Positions 41,324 to 51,107 of a stretch of DNA of 64,000 nt are shown piece by piece. Location of the stretch: positions 864,001 to 928,000 of the forward strand of contig CAVPOC010000008.1 of the NCBI GenBank assembly GCA_963706955.1, in the 5' to 3' direction. Position 1 is the stretch's first letter. Each line of letters opens with the position of its first letter. Position numbers and translations under genes: made by a program. The notes beneath the pieces were generated by a model. The model was not told where the DNA came from. It worked only from the letters and a program-made list of their open reading frames with translations, and searched no databases. This DNA is from an uncultured Verrucomicrobiae bacterium (GTDB lineage Bacteria > Verrucomicrobiota > Verrucomicrobiia > Chthoniobacterales > Terrimicrobiaceae).

Positions 41324-41710
41324 CCGCGGCAGGCCGGATAGAAGTCGATCTGGAGCCGCGGAGCCTTCCAGCCCAGGCCAAATTTCCTATCAACCCCCAA
41401 GCGGATTCCGCCTTCAACCTGGCTTAGCCCGGTGAATCGAAAGGCCTGTTCACCTTCCCCCGCGAGATAAGCATGCCAGCGCCAATCGCGACCCATGCGC
41501 CGCTAGTTCCCGCCTGAGGTGCGCGGTGAAGAAGCCGTCCGCGAGCCGATCACTTGCCAAATTAGAATTGGAAGCATTGCTCTCGTAGCGACCGCCGAGC
41601 TCCGCAGAGAATTCCAAGGCGGCGCTCGAAGCGTCCTTGAGCGGCAAGATGGCCGGGACCAGCAATAAAAACGTCAGCTTTGTTAGTCTCGCTCCCGCGC
41701 AAAAGTTCAT
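41324..41710 (-). pseudogene. Truncated second copy of the OM barrel gene
   Basis: AALEFSAELGGRYESNASNSNLASDRLADGFFTA...GRDWRWHAYLAGEGEQAFRFTGLSQ...PRLQID; frameshift ~41495-41515; 3' half absent. Confidence 0.82.
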
Positions 41711-42205
41711 ACGGCTTCGCTTCCCTTTTCACGCTCTCTTACATTCGAGCTCACTCTGTTGTCGAGAGCAACCTATCCGTGCGCCGGACTGATTCGATTA
41801 GCGCAAGAAGGTCCGCCACGTAGCCGCTGACGATTTTTTTGAGTCGCCACCATCGCCGCGCGGCGGTAGTTTCGCCAGAGCTCATCAATCACTCATGGCT
41901 ATTATCAAAGAATTCCGCGAATTCATTGCGAAAGGGAACGTGATCGACCTTGCGGTCGGCGTTATTATCGGCGCGGCGTTTGGTAGCATCGTAAAGTCGC
42001 TCACCGAGGACGTGATCATGCCTCCCGTCGGCAAAATTCTCGGCGGTCTGGGCGGCTTGAACTTTAAGGATTATTTCGTCCCTCTGGACGGGCAATTTAC
42101 GGCGTATAAGACGCTTGAACAGGCCCAGGCCTCGACGGCGGTGATCGCATATGGATCCTTCATTACGGTCGTCATTCAATTCTTGATCGTGGCTGCGTGT
42201 GTCTT
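41324..42205. repeat. Direct repeat copy B
   Basis: Colinear with 39397-40260. Confidence 0.9.
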
Positions 42206-42329
42206 CGCCTTGGTCAAGGTTATCAATCGGCTCAAGCGAGAAGAAGCAGCTAAACCTATTGAGGCCACGCGCTCCGAGGTGTTGCTCGAAGAGATACGCG
42301 ATCTTATCAAACGAGACCGCGCCGCCTGA
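41895..42329 (+). CDS. mscL: Large-conductance mechanosensitive channel
   Basis: FREFIAKGNVIDLAVGVIIGAAFG, YGSFITVVIQFLIVA, LLEEIRDLI. Confidence 0.95.
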   Translation: MAIIKEFREFIAKGNVIDLAVGVIIGAAFGSIVKSLTEDVIMPPVGKILGGLGGLNFKDYFVPLDGQFTAYKTLEQAQASTAVIAYGSFITVVIQFLIVAACVFALVKVINRLKREEAAKPIEATRSEVLLEEIRDLIKRDRAA

Positions 42330-42400
42330 GTCGCCGCTAGGCTCGGCCGAGGCGGATTGATTTTTCACCGGTTTACGGCGAAGCTTTTTTTCTGTCCGCT

Positions 42401-43786
42401 ATGGCTTTTGACCTTCTGAAGTTTCTCTTTATTTGCCTGGAGGTTATCCTCCTCTTCAACCTGCTCATTCTCGTTCATGAGCTGGGACACTTTCTGGCTG
42501 CCCGGTGGCGCGGGTTATTCGTGGAAAAATTCGCCATCTGGTTTGGTAAGCCAATCTGGAGCAAGAAGATCAATGGTATCGAATACCGTCTTGGCAGCAT
42601 TCCAGCAGGCGGCTACGTCGCAATTCCGCAACTCGCGCCGATGGAAGCGCTCGAGGGGAGAGTAGAAACGGATCGCAGCCAGCTTCCGCCGGTAAAGCCT
42701 CTGGACAAGATCATTGTGGCAGCGGCCGGTCCCGCTTTTAGCCTTGGGCTTGCGTTTCTCATGGCGGTGATCGTCTGGTTCGTCGGAAAACCGGAGAGCG
42801 AATCAGACTCGACAATGATTGGATACGTCAAACCTGGTGGCCCGGCCGAAACCGCGGGACTTCGAGTCGGCGATCGCATCCTGATGGTAGATGGTCACCC
42901 GGTGAATCGATTCTTTGGCGGCACCGATGGGGTCAAATGGAGGGTGATTAGAAGCGAAGGTGACACGATTCCCTTTCAAGTTGAACGAAACAGCGAGGTT
43001 TTGACGATAAACTCAGGGTGGTCCAAGCCCACAACAGCAAGCTGGAGACGCCCCGCCCTGCGCGAGGTGCAGATCGGACCCCGCGTCCTGCCGGGCGTGG
43101 GTTTCGTGATGCGAGGATCAATCGCCGACAAGGCAGGTCTGCGGGAGAACGACCTGATTGTTGCAGTCAATGGAAAACCGATCTTCAACCTCGATGAGAT
43201 CGTTCCATTTCTAAAAGAAAATGCGGGCGGAAAGGTGACCTTCACCGTGGAACGCGGTGGTCAGAGGCTTCCGATCGAGCTATCGGTGCCGCCGGCGACC
43301 GAGGCCAGCCCAAACGCGCCAATGGACCTTGGGATCGACTGGGGCCGAGTAGTCTTTAACCATCCCACCCCCTGGGCACAGGTCAAAGATGCGGCGACCA
43401 GCATCTTTCGCATGGTCGGCGCGCTGCTCTCCCCAAAATCGGACGTCAAAGCGGCGCACTTTAGCGGGCCGGTGGGGATCATGCGCCTCTACTATCAGGT
43501 CTTTGAGACGAACTACGGCTGGCAGTTGGCGCTTTCGCTGAGCGTGCTCATCAACGTCAACCTTGCCATTCTCAATCTCTTGCCTTTTCCAGTTCTCGAT
43601 GGCGGCCACATTGTTCTCGCCATCATCGAGGGGATAAGGCGCAAGCCAATCAATGTTCACGTTCTTGAGGCTGTGCAGACCGCTTGTGCGGTGCTCCTGA
43701 TCGGCTTCATGCTCTATGTCACCTTCTTTGACGTCGGCGACATGTTTGTCGCTGGTCAAAAAGAAGTGACCGAACAATCCAAGTGA
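42401..43786 (+). CDS. rseP: RIP metalloprotease RseP with two PDZ domains
   Basis: HELGH, GGYV, AGP, NLLPFPVLDGGH. Confidence 0.93.
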   Translation: MAFDLLKFLFICLEVILLFNLLILVHELGHFLAARWRGLFVEKFAIWFGKPIWSKKINGIEYRLGSIPAGGYVAIPQLAPMEALEGRVETDRSQLPPVKPLDKIIVAAAGPAFSLGLAFLMAVIVWFVGKPESESDSTMIGYVKPGGPAETAGLRVGDRILMVDGHPVNRFFGGTDGVKWRVIRSEGDTIPFQVERNSEVLTINSGWSKPTTASWRRPALREVQIGPRVLPGVGFVMRGSIADKAGLRENDLIVAVNGKPIFNLDEIVPFLKENAGGKVTFTVERGGQRLPIELSVPPATEASPNAPMDLGIDWGRVVFNHPTPWAQVKDAATSIFRMVGALLSPKSDVKAAHFSGPVGIMRLYYQVFETNYGWQLALSLSVLINVNLAILNLLPFPVLDGGHIVLAIIEGIRRKPINVHVLEAVQTACAVLLIGFMLYVTFFDVGDMFVAGQKEVTEQSK

Positions 43787-45597
43787 GCCTCCGTTATTGT
43801 CGCAGTCCCTACACGTATTCGCGGCGCGAGGCCCGTGAAGTGTGCGTCGGAAACGTGGCGCTCGGCGCCCCCCATCCGATCCGCGTCCAATCGATGCTGA
43901 CGTGCGACACCATGGATACCGACAAATGCGTCGGCCAATCTCTGGAACTCGTCGCGGTCGGCTGTGAAATCGTCAGAATCACGGCGCCGACCGTCAAAGA
44001 TGCCGCCAATCTTCAAAATATCGCGAATGCCCTCCGCGCGCGCGGCTGCGATGTCCCGTTGGTCGCAGACATCCACTTCAAGCCTGATGCGGCCATGGAA
44101 GCCGCTAGGTGGGTGGAAAAGGTGCGCATCAATCCAGGCAACTACGCGGACAAGAAGAAGTTCGCTGTGCGCGAATACACGGACGCAGAGTACGACGCGG
44201 AGCTCGCCCGCATTCGGGAAAAATTTTCCCCTCTCGTCGAGTTCTGCAAGGAACATGGGGTCGCGATGCGAATCGGCACGAACCATGGAAGCCTGAGCGA
44301 TCGCATCATGAATCGCTACGGCGACACCCCTCTCGGGATGGTGGAAAGCGCCCTTGAGTTTGCGCGGATCGCCCGGGATCTCGGCTATCACGATTTCATT
44401 TTTTCGATGAAGGCCAGCAATCCCAAGGTGATGATCGAGGCTTACCGGCTGCTGGTGGCGCGCCTCGCCGCCGAGGGATCCGACTGGAACTACCCGATTC
44501 ATCTTGGCGTAACTGAGGCCGGCGATGGCGAGGATGGCCGTATTAAGAGCGCAATAGGAATTGGCAGCCTGCTCTCGGACGGGATCGGCGATACGATTCG
44601 CGTTTCGCTTACCGAGGACAGCATTCACGAAATCCCAGTCGCGCGTGCCCTCGTCGAAGCGGCCTCCGGGAATCGAAGCACATCGTCTTCATTAGCGATC
44701 TCTGCCGATAACCGCTACGAGTATGATCCGTTCTCGTATCAACGTCGCCCGTCGCACACCATTAGTGTCAACGGCGTCAAGGTTGGAGGCGAAGAGGTGG
44801 TCCGCGTCGTCGTCCGCCAGTTGACGCACGACAAACTCGCCCATAAACTCGACCGCCTCGGCGACTACCAACCGGAGGTAGTCTATGAGAAGGCGGGGAT
44901 CCGCGAAGTGGATCCGCGCAACCACGACGAGATCACGGCCGTCAACTGCGAAACTCGTGATCTGCTCGTGACCGTGCGAGATGGCCTCGATCTTCCCGTC
45001 ATCGCGGCGTTTCGGATGCTTGCCGGACGCCTCGAGCCGCGCCATTCAATCCTCCTGAAGGATTCGCTGTCGCCGACCACCTCCGATTTTCTCAGCATCT
45101 TGCTAACTGCGGCCACGAACATCGGCGCGTTACTCTGCGACGGCATTGGCGATGCCATCCTCGTGCAGGGCGACATGATCAGCGAAGGCAACCTGCAACA
45201 AACTGCACTCGGACCCGGCCAGTCACTGCGGCTCGCCTACAATATCCTTCAAGCCGCCGGAGCAAGAATCTTCAAGACCGACTATGTCGCTTGCCCAAGC
45301 TGCGGGAGGACACTCTTCGATTTGCAGAGCACCACCGCCCGCATCAAGGCGGCCACCTCCCATCTTAAGGGCGTCAAGATTGCGATCATGGGATGTATCG
45401 TGAACGGACCGGGAGAAATGGCCGATGCGGATTTCGGCTATGTGGGCGGAGCCCCCGGCAAGGTCAATCTCTACGTCGGGAAAACGCCCGTAAAATTTAA
45501 CATCCCCGAAAAAGAAGCCGTCGAACGCCTCAAAGACCTGATTCGCGAACATGGAAAGTGGACCGAGCCACGCGAGGAAGTCGCGGCGGTTGCGTGA
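43783..45597 (+). CDS. ispG: HMBPP synthase, long form
   Basis: VQSM, VADIHF, RINPGN, RIGTNHGSL, HLGVTEAG, GDTIRVSLT, CPSCGR, MGCIVNGPGE. Confidence 0.95.
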   Translation: MSLRYCRSPYTYSRREAREVCVGNVALGAPHPIRVQSMLTCDTMDTDKCVGQSLELVAVGCEIVRITAPTVKDAANLQNIANALRARGCDVPLVADIHFKPDAAMEAARWVEKVRINPGNYADKKKFAVREYTDAEYDAELARIREKFSPLVEFCKEHGVAMRIGTNHGSLSDRIMNRYGDTPLGMVESALEFARIARDLGYHDFIFSMKASNPKVMIEAYRLLVARLAAEGSDWNYPIHLGVTEAGDGEDGRIKSAIGIGSLLSDGIGDTIRVSLTEDSIHEIPVARALVEAASGNRSTSSSLAISADNRYEYDPFSYQRRPSHTISVNGVKVGGEEVVRVVVRQLTHDKLAHKLDRLGDYQPEVVYEKAGIREVDPRNHDEITAVNCETRDLLVTVRDGLDLPVIAAFRMLAGRLEPRHSILLKDSLSPTTSDFLSILLTAATNIGALLCDGIGDAILVQGDMISEGNLQQTALGPGQSLRLAYNILQAAGARIFKTDYVACPSCGRTLFDLQSTTARIKAATSHLKGVKIAIMGCIVNGPGEMADADFGYVGGAPGKVNLYVGKTPVKFNIPEKEAVERLKDLIREHGKWTEPREEVAAVA

Positions 45598-45636
45598 CGC
45601 CAGACTATCTGTAAGCTCAATTCAAGGCGGCCCGAG

Positions 45637-45849
45637 ATGGAAAATATTGGCAAGCTTTTGGTAATCGTTGGGGTGACGATGACGATCGTCGGAGGCGCGC
45701 TCTGGGCCGGTTTTGGCCGCGGCTGGCTCGGTCGGCTTCCCGGCGACATCCATGTCGAACGGGACGGGTTTGGATTCTATTTTCCGATTGTCACCTGCAT
45801 CATTCTCAGCATCGTCCTGACGTTGCTTCTCAACATTTTTCGACGCTAA
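45637..45849 (+). CDS. DUF2905-family small membrane protein
   Basis: GRLPGDI...FYFPIVTCIILSIVLT. Confidence 0.85.
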   Translation: MENIGKLLVIVGVTMTIVGGALWAGFGRGWLGRLPGDIHVERDGFGFYFPIVTCIILSIVLTLLLNIFRR

Positions 45850-45895
45850 AGATTTTCCTCGCGGTCGTGAGCTTAGAGTGGTTTTCTTTGCCGTC

Positions 45896-46318
45896 ATGAG
45901 AACGCTTGCGATTACCCTCTGCGCCACCGTCTTAATGATTTCCTTGAGCTCTTGCACATGGCTTAAGGAAAAATATGCCAAGAATGAAAGCGCGACGGTC
46001 GCGTATCTTTCGGAAAAAAAAGCCTCTCCGCCTAAGATGAACATCGAAGGCTTGTGGTACTCGCCTCAGTGGGGCGCCGTCGTGTTCAACCAGGAACCCG
46101 GCGGCAAGCTGACGGGAGCCTTCCAAGATTATTACTCCGTTAGTGGCGTAGTTAGCGGCAACGAAGCGTTTATTGCGCTGACGGATGATGACTGGGTCGA
46201 ATACACCGTCGAGCTTCGCCGCCAGAGCAGGGAGGAACTGAGGGGCTTCTACTCCCCAAGTGTTCCGTTTCAGGACAAGGATGCGCACGAGCTCGTGCTC
46301 AAGCGCATTGGAGACTGA
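45896..46318 (+). CDS. Hypothetical lipoprotein (paralog 1)
   Basis: Lipobox LSSC; motifs shared with the next ORF. Confidence 0.7.
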   Translation: MRTLAITLCATVLMISLSSCTWLKEKYAKNESATVAYLSEKKASPPKMNIEGLWYSPQWGAVVFNQEPGGKLTGAFQDYYSVSGVVSGNEAFIALTDDDWVEYTVELRRQSREELRGFYSPSVPFQDKDAHELVLKRIGD

Positions 46319-46320
46319 CC

Positions 46321-46761
46321 TTGAAGGGCGGCCTGCTTGTTGTCTTGGCGGTCGCCGCGTCGCTCTCCGGGTGCCAGAGCGTCCGGAATTTCTCGCAGGA
46401 AAGATACTCCCGGAACAACGAATCCGCGCGCGCCTGGCTTTCTGATCAGATTTTCCCCGCCGAGATCAACATCTCGGGCTCATGGAGATCGCGCGATTGG
46501 GGGGATTCGTTCTTTTCGCAGACCGACCGAACGGTCAAGGGTAATCTCGGAAATTATCCGGTGGAGGGCGTGGTCAGCGGTTCCAAGGCTTACTTGCTGG
46601 CGAGTTCGGGAGGGGGATGGTTCCATTACAGCATCATCCTGGAAATGCCGGCGCCGAACGTCCTCCTCGGCTATTATTCTCGCTCGATCCCGTATAGATC
46701 AAGTAATCGACAAGACATTCGTCTTGATAGGACCGGTCCGCCTGCGTCCGGTCCAGGCTAA
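46321..46761 (+). CDS. Hypothetical lipoprotein (paralog 2)
   Basis: Lipobox LSGC; NISGSWRSRDWG, GVVSG, GYYSRSIPY. Confidence 0.7.
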   Translation: MKGGLLVVLAVAASLSGCQSVRNFSQERYSRNNESARAWLSDQIFPAEINISGSWRSRDWGDSFFSQTDRTVKGNLGNYPVEGVVSGSKAYLLASSGGGWFHYSIILEMPAPNVLLGYYSRSIPYRSSNRQDIRLDRTGPPASGPG

Positions 46762-48404
46762 GGTAAGCGCGCCAAGAGTCCGGTAATATAAGGGAGGAGT
46801 TGTTTTTTCCGCGAAACGACCCCGTCCAACCGCCAGCCAAATTCGCCTGCCTCCGGATAGTCGATCAGGCGTGTGAACGATGGGTCGCCTCGGACAAGAA
46901 GAATTGAATTTTGCGTGTTGATGTCGGTGATCAGCAAGGCGGTGAAGAGGTAACCTTTTTCCGCCCGATGTGCTTCCAACGCTTCGAGCAAGGCCGCTCG
47001 TTTAGCCTCAAACGGAGCAAAGCTAAGCTCTTCGATCTGCGCGACACTGTAACGATGTGAGCCGTGCTCGTATTCTTTGGAGTCTGCCGTGACCGCCTCG
47101 TGCGGGCTCATCGTCAGCAGGGGCGAACCAACGGAAAAGATCTCCGCAGCCAGGTCGGCCGGATTGATTCCGCTCGTCTGGGCCAGATCCGCCATCAAGG
47201 CGCGGTCCACATCCGTTGTCGTTGGTGAAGTGAGATTAAGCGTGTCCGATATCATGCCGCACATCAACAGACCGGCCAGGTTTTTCGACAAAGGAACCCC
47301 GGCTTGCTGAAAGAGCGTGCCAATGATCGTCGAAGTGGATCCGACGGGCCGATTAAGGAAAAGGATCGGCGACTCGGTCGGCGGGGCGCCGATACGGTGA
47401 TGGTCGAGAATCTCGGCAATCGGGACACGGTCCGCGCCGTCGACAGCTTGCGTGAGTTCGTTATGATCAACCAGAATCAGCTGACGTGGAATGGGCTTGA
47501 GGAAATCGCCCTTGGCGAGGATTCCTCGAAGGTGCCGGTGCTGGTCAAGCACCGGAAAAATGAACTGCGAGGATGTTGCCAAATCCCTTTCCGCCTCCTC
47601 CAGCGGAGTTTCGGGGGACACAGAGATGAAAGCGTCGTCGAGCATCTCGCCGGAGCGCACCGCGCTGCGCGCCAGGAGCACGGTCGTCGCGGTGTCGTGC
47701 GGCGAGCTGATGATCACCGTCCCTCTGTCCTCCGCCTGGCGGATAATGTCCTCTTCGACCTTCAGTCCGCCCGTGACGATGATGGCATGGACGTTTTGCT
47801 CGATAGCAAGCCTCTGCACATCGTGACGATCGCCGACGATGAGCACGGCCTTCTTCTGATCGAGGTTGCTCAACCGGCGCCGGAACGATTCAATCTCCAT
47901 GGCGGCCACGATGAGAATAAAGTGACGGATGTCGCTTTCAGGCGTACCCGCCAAAAGTGCGCCGCCCACGGTCTCAATGAGCTCCTTCAGAGCGGCACGC
48001 ACTTCGCGCTGGAGACGAACCTGATCGCGAGGTGGGAACAGGTATTGGCCGATTTTGAGAGTGGAAACCAACCCGACACAGCACTGGTTCTTGTCCACTA
48101 CCGGCAGACCGCGAAACCCCTTTTGGCTGATGCGGGTGAACGCCTCGTAGATCGGATCCTCGGGGCCGATGCTCACGACTTCCGGATTCATGACATCTTC
48201 GATTCGCGGCCGGACGCTGGTGACGAACCAGGGCGCTTCAAAGCCAAATTTTGCGAGGGCATAGTCGATTCGTTGGTTAGTATTTCCACAGCGCGCCGCC
48301 CGCACCTGGTTTGCTCCCGTCGCCTTCTTGAACTCTGCATAGGCAATCGCGGAACAGATCGAATCCATGTCCGGGTTCTTGTGCCCAATTACGATAGTCT
48401 GCAT
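46758..48404 (-). CDS. ppaC: Mn-dependent inorganic pyrophosphatase with CBS/DRTGG insert
   Basis: GHKNPDMDS, VGDR, LVDHNE, ILDHH, GSTSTI, ISDT, SRKKQ. Confidence 0.92.
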   Translation of the reverse strand: MQTIVIGHKNPDMDSICSAIAYAEFKKATGANQVRAARCGNTNQRIDYALAKFGFEAPWFVTSVRPRIEDVMNPEVVSIGPEDPIYEAFTRISQKGFRGLPVVDKNQCCVGLVSTLKIGQYLFPPRDQVRLQREVRAALKELIETVGGALLAGTPESDIRHFILIVAAMEIESFRRRLSNLDQKKAVLIVGDRHDVQRLAIEQNVHAIIVTGGLKVEEDIIRQAEDRGTVIISSPHDTATTVLLARSAVRSGEMLDDAFISVSPETPLEEAERDLATSSQFIFPVLDQHRHLRGILAKGDFLKPIPRQLILVDHNELTQAVDGADRVPIAEILDHHRIGAPPTESPILFLNRPVGSTSTIIGTLFQQAGVPLSKNLAGLLMCGMISDTLNLTSPTTTDVDRALMADLAQTSGINPADLAAEIFSVGSPLLTMSPHEAVTADSKEYEHGSHRYSVAQIEELSFAPFEAKRAALLEALEAHRAEKGYLFTALLITDINTQNSILLVRGDPSFTRLIDYPEAGEFGWRLDGVVSRKKQLLPYITGLLARLP

Positions 48405-48450
48405 GCGTTCTTGGTAGCACGTCCCCCTTTTTGGCAATAGGAAAACATTC

Positions 48451-49771
48451 ATGCGGTTATCTCTGTGCTGGCTGACTCTACTGTTCGTGGCCACGGCCTC
48501 GTTTCTGAAGGCGCAGGAGCCCGTTCCGACACCGCTACCCCTCGACGAGATTTTGCTACGAACTGATCTCTGGGAGTCCGACCAACCAGCTCTCGATTCG
48601 GAGCTGGCCACCCTGCACTTTGAGTGGATTTCGGCAACTCGCGACGTCGCTCGTTCTTCAGCGCCGGGTCTCGTCTTCCAATAACCATCCGCTCAACGAA
48701 GCAATTCTCGCGTTCCATAACGGCAAGCTTAGGGAGGCGAGACTTTCTTTCTTTAACCGCGGAGATTCTCGCGCCTTGCGAGAGGACCAGTTCGAAGCAC
48801 TGCTCGCCAGCATCACAGCCGGCCTGAACGCTGCTACGGGGGTTGCGCCGGCAGAGCGTGGTCGCGATCCGGGCAGCGTCGTCCGAGCTCAGGGGCGGAC
48901 CTGGGATGCGGGCGGCACTAGGTTTTTGCTGGAATGGAGCGTGACCAAAGAATCGAAGGTGCGCGCGATACCTTATCGGGCGGAATTCATTCGCCTGACC
49001 CTACGGCCCTTTCCATCCACGCTTAGGCCCATTGGCGCGTCGCCTGTTCGGGTTAGGGACACTGTCAAAGCGTTCGTCGGCCGCGACCACGTCGAGCGTC
49101 TGCCGAATGGCGATGTGAAGCTGAAAGATCTCCCCATGGTCGACCAAGGAGAAAAGGGCTACTGTGTGGTGGCCTCCGTCGAGCGTATCCTGCGCTACTA
49201 CGGTGCCGCGGTCGATCAGCACGAACTCGCCCAGATCGCTAATACCGATGCCTCACTCGGCACAAGCACAGGGGCGATGCTCAGTTCTCTTCGCAGGCTC
49301 ACGGAACGCCTCGGAGTAAAGGTGCGTTCATTCTACCAATGGGACGCCCGCGATTTTCTCAAGATTGTCGATGGCTACAATCGTGCCACCAAACGCGGCA
49401 AGCTGGCTCCGGAAATCCCTCTACCCTATGCGGCTGATGCCAACGCATTCTTCTCCCAGGTGAAGCCCGAGATCTACAAGGAAGTGCGCACGAAGAGCGC
49501 CGCTGATTTCGGTAAATTTCAACGCGATATCCAGCGCAGCATCGACGAAGGCATACCCCTTCTCTGGTCGGTTCGCCTCGGAATAGTGCGAGAAAGCAAC
49601 TCCCCTCAACGCACCGGCGGACACATGCGAATCATTGTCGGCTACAACCTGAACACCCGCGAAGTCCTCTACAGTGATTCATGGGGCCAGGGGCATGAGG
49701 AAAAGCGCATGCCCATGGATGACGCCTGGACAATTACGAACGGCCTCAGCAGCCTTCAACCGCTCTCCTGA
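48451..49771 (+). CDS. Secreted protein with C-terminal C39-like cysteine peptidase domain; frameshift near 48678
   Basis: Signal peptide in 48451-48684; VDQGEKGYCVVAS, GGHMRIIVGY, YSDSWG (Cys-His-Asp). Confidence 0.75.
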
Positions 49772-49829
49772 TTCTTGCACGAAACTTTCTTCCGTTTCAC
49801 GCGCAGCTGAGTAATCGTCTTCCCTTTCC

Positions 49830-51020
49830 GTGAAAAACAAACGCATCTTGATTCTCTCAGCTTCGGTTGGCTCCGGTCATGTCAAGGCCGCCGAAGCGCT
49901 CGCGAAATCCTTTCGCGCCCGACCCGAAGTCGAGGAAGTCCTGATGGATGATTCGCTCGACCATACAAACGTTCTGCACAAGCAGCTCTACTCCACCCTA
50001 TATAAGCGACTCTCCGCGGTTTTGCCCGAGTTTCTTGGCTGGTGGTATGTCTCGAGTGACGATCCCTGGGTATCTGACAGAAGCCGGCTAGCGCTCGACC
50101 TTCCTCAGGCCCTTCCACTCGTCAACCTAGTCCGCGATTTCAAGCCCGACTCGGTCATCTGTACGCACTTCATGCCCGCGGGAGTGCTTTCGTTCCTGAT
50201 CGGTCTGGGCCGTCTCGAAGTCGAGTTGGGTATCGTCGTGACGGACTATCACTTTCATGCCTTCTGGATCACGCGGGCCTTTCACTGGTATTTTGTCGCT
50301 CAGGAGGAGGACCGCATTCATATGGAAGGTCTTGGTCTTCCCGCAGATCGGATTCACGTCACTGGAATTCCGATCGGCCCGGAGTTTTCGCAGCCTGTTG
50401 ATCGCGAAGCTGTGCTCAAACGACATCAATTGAGAGCGGACTTGCCAACTTTGCTGATCGCCGGGGGTACCCTCGGTCTCAGCCCCGCATCCGCAGTTGT
50501 TCGCAGACTGCTGCAGCTCGAGCGCGATTTCCAAGCCATCGTTCTTTGTGGAAAAAACGAAGAGCTAAAAAAACAGATCGAAGGCCTCGTTGCCGAACAG
50601 AGAGATCGCTTTCGCATCCTGGGCTATACGACGGACATGCCAGACTTATTGGGGGCAGCTACGCTGCTCTTGAGCAAACCGGGAGGCTTGACCGCGGCAG
50701 AGGCTCTGGCACGCGGTCTGCCCATGGTCATCCTCGATCCAATCGGTGGACAAGAGGAACGCAATTCCGACGTGCTCCTCGAGGCGGGAGCAGCCGTAAA
50801 ATGTACGGAAGTAACCGTGCTCAATCACAAGCTTTCCCGCCTGCTCGACGATCCGGAACGGATCGCCACGATGAGCGAAAACGCGCGGCGACTCGGTCGC
50901 CCCGGCGCGGCAGACGACGTCGCCCGGATCGTCCTTGAACCGGGTCCTCGCGCGCCAACCATCATCTCGCGCCTCCGCGAAAAGGAGCTTCGAAAACAGT
51001 TCCAAAAAGACAAGGCCTAG
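49830..51020 (+). CDS. Diacylglycerol glycosyltransferase (MGDG synthase/UgtP-like, GT28)
   Basis: SVGSGHVKAA, ICTHF, VVTD, TGIPI, SKPGGLT, GQEERN. Confidence 0.88.
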   Translation: MKNKRILILSASVGSGHVKAAEALAKSFRARPEVEEVLMDDSLDHTNVLHKQLYSTLYKRLSAVLPEFLGWWYVSSDDPWVSDRSRLALDLPQALPLVNLVRDFKPDSVICTHFMPAGVLSFLIGLGRLEVELGIVVTDYHFHAFWITRAFHWYFVAQEEDRIHMEGLGLPADRIHVTGIPIGPEFSQPVDREAVLKRHQLRADLPTLLIAGGTLGLSPASAVVRRLLQLERDFQAIVLCGKNEELKKQIEGLVAEQRDRFRILGYTTDMPDLLGAATLLLSKPGGLTAAEALARGLPMVILDPIGGQEERNSDVLLEAGAAVKCTEVTVLNHKLSRLLDDPERIATMSENARRLGRPGAADDVARIVLEPGPRAPTIISRLREKELRKQFQKDKA

Positions 51021-51107
51021 TCGAACGACGGTCATACAGCGCCAAGTGAACCGCGAGGAGCGATTCTATCAAAATGCGCACTCCAGCGACTTCCAACACT
51101 TCCGCCC

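Noticed and set aside
43783..45597. Unusually long IspG as a novel fusion
   Set aside because: The long form with an inserted domain is an established IspG type.
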